64,000 nucleotides of DNA from the human T2T-CHM13v2.0 reference genome, Homo sapiens. Under the pieces are notes generated by a model. That model did no database searches. It was not told the origin of the DNA and worked only from the letters and a program-made list of their open reading frames with translations. Shown here one piece after another: positions 1-13,924 of the stretch. The DNA lies in the NCBI RefSeq assembly GCF_009914755.1, contig NC_060933.1. One strand, 5' to 3'. The translations under genes and the position numbers were made by a program. How positions within the stretch are numbered: the first letter of the stretch is position 1; the number at the start of each line of letters is the position of its first letter.

Positions 1-1914
1 TAAACTGTAATGAGAAAAAATAAAAGGCCGCATACTTGTAAAATATTTACTACACATGTATGTGCGTGTGTGTATACATATTAGATTTAAAAATCGTCCT
101 TTTATAGATAATTCACTTAAATCAACAAAAAACCCTCTAATTTAAAATTGAGCAATTTAAATTAGAGATCTAAATTGCAGGTCTAAAAATAGTACTTTGC
201 TTCTAATTTAAAATTGGAAAAGTATTTTCTTAAGATCTGCAAGTGACCTATGCACACAGAAAACAATATTTAGTGTTCCTGGTTACAGAAGGCATTTAAG
301 TTAAAAGAGGAATCAAACACTGCTTTCTATCTACAAAGTTTATGAGGAAAAAGAGCAGTGATATTTACACTGCTGTTTAAAGTTTAAGTTGCAGATAACT
401 TTTCAAATAGACAATTTGGTGGTAAGTACCATATTATTAAGAAGAATCCATATAATGACTTTTATAAATACATTTCAGTGAATTTACAGCATGGGATAAT
501 ATGTGACCACTGAAGGTAGAAATATGTAGAGAAGTAGGTGACATTTGAAAATGTATTTTGGTGTATCAAGTGAGGGTAAAGTTCAGTTTGATTATACATA
601 CACACAGACTACAGTCTTGTGTTATCTGAAATTGTGTATGAAACCTGATAAAATTTGTTATTTGAGGGCATTTGTTTTAATATAAAATGTTTTTCCTTTT
701 TATTATCTTTGATTTCCACATTGAGCATGTACAATGCTATTAGAAAAAGTTTATTATTAATGAAATAATTTTTGGGAAGAGCAGGAATATAATTTTGCAC
801 CAATGAAAATAATTTCTCACTTTCCATACTTTAATTTTTATTTTTTGTGGATTAGTATATTCTGTGAACTTTTAGCATCTTCAAAAGACAATCTTTTTAC
901 CTGTGCTTGTTGATTTACATATACATCTTATTAGACACATATTTTTATTATATATAGATTTATTACATATATGTCAATAATTATAGATTAATTAGTGTAG
1001 TTTTATTATTAAGAAAATAAAATAGAAAATATAAGTGCTTTATTTATAGCAGTTTTTTTAAGGTATTGAACTTCTCAACTGTATTTATCCTTTTAATCAA
1101 TTTATCACATGTAAGCTGAATGCCTATTATGTAGAAGATACATTAACTCTCAAGATCCTTTCATCCTTAAAAATTTTACATTTACCTGCTCAGCCTTAGC
1201 AAAGTGAGAGATTTAAAGTTGGAGTACTAGGACTGAATCTCAATTGAAGCTTTTCCTCTCATCTTTAAAACAAAAACACTTCTGAAGTAAGAAACTAGTA
1301 AAAGATAACTACCAACCATGATTTTGGAAATTTATAACAGCTTTAAATAGTAATATTAATCATTGGAAATACCTAATTTACATGCATTCTATAAATTTAA
1401 ATATGAATTTACATACATTCTATAAATCTAAATATGGAATAAAATGATCCATACCTACTTTAATCCCAAGTTTTCTTTGGCTTGAAGTTTTAAAAATATT
1501 AAAGAAGTACTTTGTTTTAACAGTTTGTTTTTATTTCAACTCTCCTTTTGTGTAGCACTCTTAAAAGCTAAAATTTCTTTAAGTGTTAATCCTATGACTA
1601 GGACTGCCATCATCCTGTTGTATATACCATATGCCACTTCATGGAAGGCACCGTGAATTGTGTGATGCCTCCTTATTTATGTAACAATAAAAGATTGTTT
1701 AAATTTCTGCAGAATATACTTGTAACAAATAATGACTTATAAGTGGCATTTCAATGTCAGAGATGTTAAAATATGAGAAATAGAGTATCTTAGAATTATT
1801 AAACTACAGGTTTATCTCTAACCTTTAAAACATACCACAAAGTAGGCATAATTGTACCATTTTACTTAAAATGTTTTCTTTGTTAAGTAGTAGAAATAAT
1901 TACAATATCTAACA

Positions 1915-2130
1915 ATTACTGAGCTGTTACATGTGCTAGGAATTCTTTGAAAAACGTTGCACAGATTCTCATGAGGCATCACAGTGATGTCCTGTGAGAT
2001 AACTGCTGTATTCATCTTCACTTTATTGATGAGAAAATTGAGGCACAGAAAGGTTAAGTGATAGCTAGAAGGTGAAAGACTTTAAAGTAATATTCAAGCC
2101 CATGTTGAACTGAATCAAAGGCCAAGCTCT
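1915..2130. mobile_element. MIR fragment
   Basis: Core-like text ttattgatgagaaaattgaggcacagaaaggttaagtga; boundaries approximate. Confidence 0.6.
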
Positions 2131-2331
2131 TTCTATTCAAATAGGCCACTCTTTCATTAATGTAGTGAGTAATAAGAGCGAATGAATGTTGTACTTTCTT
2201 CAGGAGAATATTAAATATTTGTTTTGAAGGCAGAGAAAGAGCATGATATTTAATGTTGACAATTACATAAATCATTATATGTTTTGAGACAGTGGACTAA
2301 AATTTCCTAAAAAGTCCTCTCACTCTCGTAG

Positions 2332-2446
2332 GACTGCTCTACACTGGGCCTGTGCCAATGGCCACGCAGAAGTAGTAACACTACTGGTAGATAGAAAACG
2401 CCAGGTTGACGTCCTTGATGGTGAAAACAGGACACCTCTGATGAAG
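2332..2446 (+). pseudogene. ANKRD30-like exon 2 (ankyrin repeat)
   Basis: ctcgtag|...atgaag|gtaaat; 115 bp; reads TALHWACANGHAEVVTLLVDRKRQVDVLDGENRTPLMK. Confidence 0.93.
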
Positions 2447-2608
2447 GTAAATTGTAGCCAGTTCTTTCAGCAGGAGATGGATTTGGTTTAAATACATAGA
2501 ATAAAGATGAATTTATCTCATTGAAATATAATTAGTTTGTGAAACCTGTGGAATATTTATTTATATTTCCTATAATTTATAATTTACTTCTTGCTTTAAT
2601 ACTAACAG

Positions 2609-2782
2609 GCTCTGCAATGCCAGAGGGAGGCTTGTGCAAATATTCTCATAGATTCTGGTGCTGATCCAAATATTGTAGATGTGTATGGCAACACAGCTGT
2701 CCATTATGCTGTTTATAGTGAGAACTTGTCAGTGGTGGCAAAATTGCTGTCCTAAGGTGCAGACATCGAAGTGATGAACAAG
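2609..2782 (+). pseudogene. ANKRD30-like exon 3 with in-frame stop
   Basis: taacag|...aacaag|gtagac; 174 bp; [57 protein letters not shown], TAA at 2753-2755. Confidence 0.93.
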
Positions 2783-3799
2783 GTAGACGTTAACCAATGC
2801 TATTTTCAAAATATTTGAAATCCATTTGTTTTAACATTAACATATGTAAATTGTTTTATATTTGGAAGCTCAAACATTCCTATTTTTCTATGAAAATAGT
2901 TTGACAAAACTTAATTGTCTAGGATTTTGCTTTAAATATTAATATTTTTACAAGAACTATTAGTATGGCTTTTCTGTGCATTATGATAAATATTTGAATT
3001 TGTTAAAGGTAAAACATTTTCAAATATTCTTTAGCACCCAAGTTTTTTTTTCTTTCCAGTTAGTGTAAAACTACAGGAAATTAAAATTTGCCTGCATAAA
3101 TTGAGTCAACATGTAAAATTTCAGAGACATGCAGAAATCTGGATTTCTTCTTAAAGGATTGAATCTGGTGTCTCTTGAGCCCATATGACTGTTTGGTATG
3201 CTATGAAGACATTCTAGCTTTACATAAAGCATATGTTTCCAGTTTGCTACTGTGCCCACCTAGTTACATCACTTATTCAACTGACCTCCTTTGCCTCTGT
3301 AAATATTTCAGTTATCAATTCCTCTCTCATAGTATATTTTGGTAAAGATTTCAAGTTATCAAAGACAGTTTATAGGTGTTTATAATATATAGTTTATATT
3401 TTACATTAATTCATTAATAATGGGGTAGTCTTCTAGAATTTAGAATATTTTTTAAATGATTATTTTTCTTCATATAAACCATAAATAATCATCTTCTATT
3501 AGAAGGCCTTTAAGCCTTCTTAGATTAATCATGGTTATATTTGAATAGGTTATGCATATTGCAGAAAATATTATATCTTTCTCCGCAGAATTGTCCCTTA
3601 AAATTCAAGTTATTTAGTGGCTTCTATTTTGCTAAGCCATATACATGAGTTAGAACTTTCATTAATAAGCCATTTTATTCATGCTTCTGATATTTTGCCA
3701 AAAAATAGTATCAATTACAATAGAAACCAGAATAAAAATGGATTATTGCATTTTAAGAAGTAGATATGCATTAGGATCCTAGGAGTATCATTATAATAG

Positions 3800-4133
<334 letters not shown>

Positions 4134-5031
4134 TTTTATACTGAATTTCTAATAGCTGAGATAAAATCCTATTGTCTGGTAATTGGATAAACCCCATGGA
4201 CCATTTAATAATGAGCAATCAAAGTTTATTTGAAGCCAACCTCTTTTAATTTAGAGCCACTTCCTTATTGACCCATTTAGAGCAGAAGTGCCTGACATTG
4301 GCATTTGGAATCTTGGGATCATTGACAGAAGAGAATCAAGTGAGTTTGTATCACCCAGAGGAAACCTCCATTTTTGGGGGGAAGCTTTCAGAACTGCATC
4401 CCTGAAATTCTATTTGTCAAATGTTAATGTTTGCCACAAAAATATACTGTCAATAGGGATTAGGTAAAGTTCAATTCATTTCTTGAATAATGAACATTTA
4501 ATTCACAGTTTTATAACATTTCTTGAACACAGATAATGGTGGAATCTGTTGGGGTACAGTGCTTCTGGTAAGGTAATTATTCTTTGGAATATAGTTGAAG
4601 AAACACTGTTCTAGAGGTAATAATTTAGATTACTAACTTAGTAAAAAATAAAATATTTACTACTATGTCTTAGGGTTTAATTATATAGAGGTAAAAGATA
4701 CAGACCCTGCCCTCAAGAAGCTCTTGGTTTACATGGGAAACAATAAAATCATTACAGTATAATGATTTTTGGAGATAACCAGAGTTGATGTAGTGATGCA
4801 GAGGCTGAATGTTTACAAGAGAAGGTGCAGTACTACTATGCCATATACCAGTGAGACGTGAGTCTTTTCACCCCTTCCTTTTAGCCTTGGTCGTGATTTA
4901 CAAAGATAAACACTTGAGCACTCAAGATACTTAACATTTGTTAATACATGTAAATGGTTAATTCTACACTGACAGGCACATATTAAACTGGTTCTGTTCC
5001 TAATAATGAAGTTATCTCTTTGTGATTTTAG

Positions 5032-5167
5032 CACAGCCCTCATGCTTGCCATATGCCATGGATCATCAGAGATAGTTGGCATGGTTCTTCAGCAAAATGT
5101 TGACATCTGTGCTGAAGATACGTGTGGAATGATTGCAACGTTATGCTGTTGCTTGTGGGTTTAATCT
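5032..5167 (+). pseudogene. ANKRD30-like exon 5, frameshifted
   Basis: ttttag|...taatct|gtaagt; TALMLAICHGSSEIVGMVLQQNVDICAEDTCGMIA then a frameshift (about 2 bp lost) to RYAVACGFN. Confidence 0.9.
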
Positions 5168-6377
5168 GTAAGTGTTTACATTTAAAGACTAGGTGAGATT
5201 TTATAGTTTGTTTCAGGTAGTTTTTGAATGACAGTGAGTTAGTTCACTTCATCAGCCAGAAACCAGGCAAAAAGCTATACTAGTTAGAAGGAGTAATGGC
5301 TCCAGGATTCTTTATTTTAGGGCTTTAGGGATGCTAATGTTGTCTACTTGATTTGAAGTATAACCCCTATGCATGGGATAAACATAATGTCACAATTTTG
5401 GTTTTTCTAATTAGTTATTTGGGTCTCAAAATGTCCACTTTAAGCAGAAAACCTGACAGTGTCCCCTGGGGGCTGTCTTCCATACCTTCATTCTTGAATC
5501 TTTTAAAAGAATCTGAACCTAAGTCCAAGGAAGACATTCTTTTTGTACAAGTCAGAAGGATTGGGGGGTTGGGAAATGGCCATTCTCTTTATTTTGTTGT
5601 TTCCATTGATTCTGTTGCTGCATCATTGCCATTGAAACTGCTTCTGCCGTCTGGTAATGATTGACCTTTGTGACCAGGATGCCCTTAGTAACGCAGATCT
5701 CTCAGTCTTCATGGTGTAGACTTCGAAGTTATTACATGTTTTTAAAGTTCACGTACATATTCTCAGCCATTGTTTCCAAAGTACCAGCACCCCACTCTGG
5801 CAGCTAGAACTTTTAGCTTTAGCCACACACATAGTGAGCAAATTGACCCTTCTTCTCACACTCAAAACCTGACATGAAACCCACATCTTAGCCTGGATAT
5901 GGCCTAGACCTTCATGGTAAGTTATCCTTTGATTGGCTTTTTTCTATTTTCTCTAGCCAATATTAGTTGTGGTAGTTTGAAACTGTAACTCAGGTTGAAA
6001 TAATGTTACAGGAAGAAATTAGAGATCCATTTTGTCTTTGTTACCAGATCTATATCTCTGGCCCTTTATATCCTGTGTAGCACCATTTTGTAGGTAGTGG
6101 AAGGTCTCACCTTATTCTGTAAAATCCCATGTCATCTTTCCCAAGTTGTAGTGGGTTCCAACTTGTGGTTGTCCCTTCAAGTGATTCTTTTTTCCTAAAA
6201 GTAAAAATCTCCCATGCTACTTACATCTCTACCTCGAGTTTTTTAAATATTTTCAAATGCTGCATCACCATGAAGCCATTCAATAGACTTCACTAAATCT
6301 CAAGTAAGTTGGTTAGATTTAACAGAGCTAAGCCTCATCCATCACTGATCAGTCTTCATGTATAAAAGTAAGGATTT

Positions 6378-6484
6378 GTGCTGGCTTCAGTGGTACATAT
6401 AGTAAAATTGAAACAACGTTGAGAAGACCAGCATGGTCCCCGCACAAGGATGACATAGAAATCTGTAAAGTGTTGCATATTTCT
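6378..6484 (+). pseudogene. U6 snRNA retropseudogene, full length and diverged
   Basis: gtgctggcttcagtggtacatatagtaaaattg...gagaagaccagcatggtccccgcacaaggatgaca...gcatattt is colinear with U6; the ACAGAGA box is mutated. Confidence 0.92.
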
Positions 6485-7099
6485 TGCAGTCCCCAAAAGG
6501 ACATTTTACTCCTTTCTAACTAGCTCCAAGGAAATGGTGTGAGTCAAAGCAAAATGGGTGACACCCAGTATTGCAATTGTGATTTTCATACAAAAAAATA
6601 TTTATGTAAGGTGATCTATGAAATGAGATGTGGTAACACATAGGATCTTGTGTGCAATATTTTGTTAGTAGGGATCTCAGAAATGAGAAAATACCAACTT
6701 GCATCTTCTTTGTGGAACTTACAAAAAATAAAGGTAGCGTTTTGTCTTCCACAGCAGCTGGAAATGAACATAGTGACTAAGCATCATTCTAACAAAGATT
6801 TGTTGGTTCAGAGTTTAAGGAGGTAGATAAAGAGTAGCAGTAGTCCAAGCCAGATGCTGACATCTATTATTTTCTGCCCTTGGTGTGGCTGATGAGCTCA
6901 GTAATAGAGTATAATTAGGTTATCTGATTTAATGATTTAATATATTTATAAATTTCATTACAAAATATAAAATAGCTTAGATGCTCTGAATTACAAGCCA
7001 CAAAGAATAGAACATCTAATATCCAAAAGTAGGAATTAATAACAGAAAATTGCAATATTTGAATATTATAACCTATGAAGAAACACATTTGTTTTTTCT

Positions 7100-7239
7100 T
7101 TTTTTTGTAATTTAATTTTTGTAAAGACATGGTCTCCCTATGTTGTCCACGCTGGTCTTGAACTTCTGGACTCAAGCAATCCTCCTATCTCAGCATCCCA
7201 AATTGCTTGCATCACAAGCATGAGCCACTGCACCAGGCC
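7100..7239 (-). mobile_element. FLAM / Alu left monomer
   Basis: Reverse left-monomer sequence ending gagccactgcaccaggcc. Confidence 0.85.
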
Positions 7240-7746
7240 AATATATTGGGTTTTATTGGGAATTTTAAAATAGTTTCAGCAATAAGGTTCAAGAACAAAT
7301 TATTTTTTTGCTTCACTTTTTATTTTAAGAATTTTAAAAATGTTATCTTGTTAAATCTTTATAATAACATAGTGAAATAAGGCCCTAAAATCCTCATTGT
7401 TAGAAGACATTGAGTCTAAGGAAGCAACTTGTTCAAGAAAAAATACCTGTTGGTAGCCATGCTAGGATTTATTCTGAGTTAAGGACATTTTTCATATGTC
7501 AAGCTACCTCTAGTTAATTTACTAAGTTACACTGCCCTCACTTCATGAGTGTTTTATCTTTCTTCTTCTTTAATTAGAAGCTTAATAAGTTCATAGAGCT
7601 TACAAACTTAAAGTCTATGGAAAAAGTAATGTTCTGATGTTAGATCTAATATTGTCTGAAATACTCTAAGAACTTAATAAATTTGGTAAATGTTTTTTAT
7701 ATCAATGTTAAAATAGTAATTTTATTTATTTCATTTTTATACATAG

Positions 7747-7810
7747 CATTGATCAACAACTTTTGGAATATAACAAAAGATATCTAAAAATTCTCAAAAT
7801 AGCAATCCAG
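7747..7810 (+). pseudogene. ANKRD30-like exon 6, frameshifted
   Basis: acatag|...atccag|gtaaga; IDQQLLEY / QKISKNSQNSNP with a 1-bp loss. Confidence 0.85.
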
Positions 7811-8004
7811 GTAAGACCTCTGATAGTAAACTACACTTGGTGGTGCTACCATGAGATTATAGGAGTGTTGATCACAAAAGAACTATTAAAAAAGCAATGT
7901 GTAAGTAGCATGTGTTTACATATATACCTATATGTAAGTGTTTTTATATATACATAGCTTTGATTTAATTTTTTAGTTTATAATTCAGAATTAAGAATTT
8001 AGTT

Positions 8005-8091
8005 GGGCAACCTGCTCGGGTCCCCTTCCACACTGTGGAAGCTTTGTTCTTTCGCTCTTTGCAATAAATCTTGCTAGTAAAAAAAAAAAAA
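8005..8091 (+). mobile_element. Polyadenylated LTR12 (HERV-9)-like fragment, retrotransposed
   Basis: ggcaacctgctcgggtccccttccacactgtggaagctttgttctttcgctctttgcAATAAAtcttgct plus poly(A); perfect TSD AAGAATTTAGTT at 7993-8004 and 8092-8103. Confidence 0.85.
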
Positions 8092-8703
8092 AAGAATTTA
8101 GTTTTAGGTGGTTTATAATCTCAAAAATATTATCTGAAAAAATATTTGTTTAATTGTGGTCCCTAATATCCTATATAAAACTTTTGTATAAATGAGTAAA
8201 ACAATTTTTAAGTTTATATATTGTATGTTTCCTCAACTGTCATAACAATTTATGCTTGTTATAAAATGTATAATCCTTGGTGTGATTGATGAGCTCAGTA
8301 ATAGGGGTTTGTCAGCTTATCCAATTTAATGAATTAATATATTTATAAATAAACTTTATTACAAATTATAAACTAGCTTAGATGCCTTGGATTACAAGCC
8401 ACAAATAATAGAACATCTAATAATGAAAAGTAGGAATTAATAACAGAAAACTGCAACATTTGAATATTATAACCTATAAAGGAACACAGTTAAACAAACT
8501 GTTAAATAAACAAGTGTTTGTTTGTTTATTAAACATAAACAAACATATAAAATGATTATTTGTTAAATAAAAAATAAATTATTTGTTTGTTTCTTTATTG
8601 TAGAGACATGGTCTCCTTATGTTGCCCAGGCTGGTCTCGAACTTCTGTGCTTTATTTAATTTTTACAATAAATGATTTGCATTTAGAGAATTAGGATTAA
8701 TTA

Positions 8704-9151
8704 CAGTTGAGTCTTGAGCAACATGAGAGTTAGGGTGCTGATCCCCTCATGCAGCTGAAAATCTGCTTTATATGAAAATCTGTTTCTTTTGACTCCTCCA
8801 AAACTCTACTAATTTTCTACTGTTGACCTGGAGCCTGAAAAAAGGTGAAAGCATAAGCAGTCAATTAACCCATAGTTTCTATTTTATATGTACTATATAT
8901 TGTATTCTTAGAATAAAGTGAGCTGGAGAAAAGAAGCTGTTATAAAGAGGAAGAAATATATTCACTATTTATTAGATGGAAGTGAATTATTATACATAAA
9001 GGACTTCATTCTCATTGCCTTCACATTGAGTAGGCTGATAAGGAGGAGGCAGAGGAGAGATTTGTCTTGGTATCTTGCAGTGGCAAAGGAAAAGAAAAAT
9101 CTGTCTATTAGTGGGCTTCTAGAGTGAAAACCCTTATTCAAAGATCAACTG
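8704..9151. mobile_element. Tigger2a/MER28-like DNA transposon
   Basis: Terminal inverted ends cagttga...tcaactg, preceded by TA, about 450 bp, Tigger2-like internal text. Confidence 0.75.
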
Positions 9152-10154
9152 TGTGGCATAGTGACTTGTGTCACTAAAAAAGTAACTATCTTTAGAATTT
9201 GGAACTCAATAATACTTTTCTTGCACCATAAATGAATGTCAATAAGAATTAACATAACTTAGTGAGGGTGCATCAGTACCAATAGGAGATTATTTTTCAA
9301 AGATACCTACTGAGTGCAGAAGTCAGAAAAGCAATTCTTTGTTGAGAAGCGCAGGTTATGTTACATAGTCTTGTACCAACAAGGTCTCACTATTATCAAC
9401 TTCACTCCCTCTAAGTTGAAACCAAATAAGATATATTTACTTCATTAGAACAAGATGTGTTGTTCTATCTGCTGGATAATTAGTGTGTTAATAGTAATTT
9501 TGGTACAACAAGTTACTCTGTTCCTACTAGCCAAAATAGTATCATTATAAATATTCAACTAGCTCAACTCTAGGCTCAACAAATTATAATAAAAGTGGAA
9601 AAAATTTTCACAATAACAAAAGTGCTACTGTGATACATAAATGTGAAACAATACATTGTACAATATGAACTGTATGAGCACATCTTTAATTTATTACATA
9701 TTTATCAAAGGACTTCTATAAGTTAGATTTTGCAAGTGGCAGGAGACCAAGATGGAATACACATAGTCTGGGTCTTTAAGGTGCTCATAATACAATAGAG
9801 CTGTCTCTATTGAATTTCTGCATTTTTCCAACAGAATTTCCTAACTATGTTTTTTATTTGTTTATCCACTTGTCCACTTAACAAATAACTGTCAGGTATC
9901 TTTAAGGTACTAAGCATCTTTCTTGTTATTATCATTGTCATTTTTTGTTATTTACTACTTTATTAAGGTACTAAGCATTTTTCTTGTTATTATCATCTTT
10001 TTTATTATTTACTACTTTATTTAGTGCTTACTCTGTGCCAGAACCCCTTTGGGAGCTTATAATTATCACTTATTATGTCATTATCATATTCAGTCTGTGT
10101 CAGACATTTTATATCCAACGTGAAGAATTTAAGCTTTAAAAAGTTTGGTAGTGT

Positions 10155-11279
<1,125 letters not shown>

Positions 11280-11283
11280 AATG

Positions 11284-11301
11284 TGGGGGCCCACCCAGCA
11301 T
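11284..11301 (+). promoter_or_regulatory. Degenerate primer-binding site, closest to tRNA-Pro
   Basis: TGGGGGCCCACCCAGCAT just after the LTR; 13/18 match to the Pro PBS TGGGGGCTCGTCCGGGAT. Confidence 0.7.
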
Positions 11302-11918
11302 TCCCATTCTCCTCTGGGGGAGGGTCCAGTCCTCTCCTGTGAGGAGGCGCACCCCGCTGCCTCGTTGCAGTGGCCATAAAGGTAAGGAATCAAGACTCAG
11401 CTGGTGCGATTGATAAACCTGGGCTCTCAGCAACGTGGAAAGAAACAGGCCAGCATCTTTGGGGAAAGGATCTTCACATACCGTGGCGACCAGGTAACTG
11501 TGCACAGACCGAGGTAAGAAATGTCGCAGGGGTGACAAAGTATTTCCTTGGTGGTCAGGATATTCTGGAGGTCGAAAGTGTGTGTGAATGATCACAAGCA
11601 CTACTGCTTGTGTTGCTGTTTGTGTAGATGATACTAAGCATTATTGCTGTGAGGAGTGAGTGGGTCCTATCTGCGGTTTTTTTATTTGAACAAAAAACCT
11701 TTGAAGAGGAATTCAGTGTATCCTCATAGGGCTCAGGGCAGATCCTGCTGTGAGGTTTATACCATTATGCGAATGCTAAGAGGGACCTAAAATTCCTGGG
11801 AGAGAAGCAACCAGAGTGGATGAAGCGAAAGAAGCGTGCAAGGAGCCTCCAGCAGGTGGCGTTAAAGGATAGGGAAGAAATCTCTAGCATGTGGGATTGA
11901 GCCTAACCAGGACCTAAC

Positions 11919-13924
<2,006 letters not shown>

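Larger units (their letters stand above)
6878..8647 (+). repeat. Diverged direct duplication of about 290 bp: copy A 6878-7168, copy B 8275-8647
   Basis: Both copies run from ccttggtgtg..tgatgagctcagtaatag through ttacaagccacaaa..aatagaacatctaat to gagacatggtctcc..gaacttctg. Confidence 0.85.

Noticed and set aside
6378-6484. Functional U6 gene
   Set aside because: Many substitutions including the ACAGAGA box; it looks like a retrocopy.
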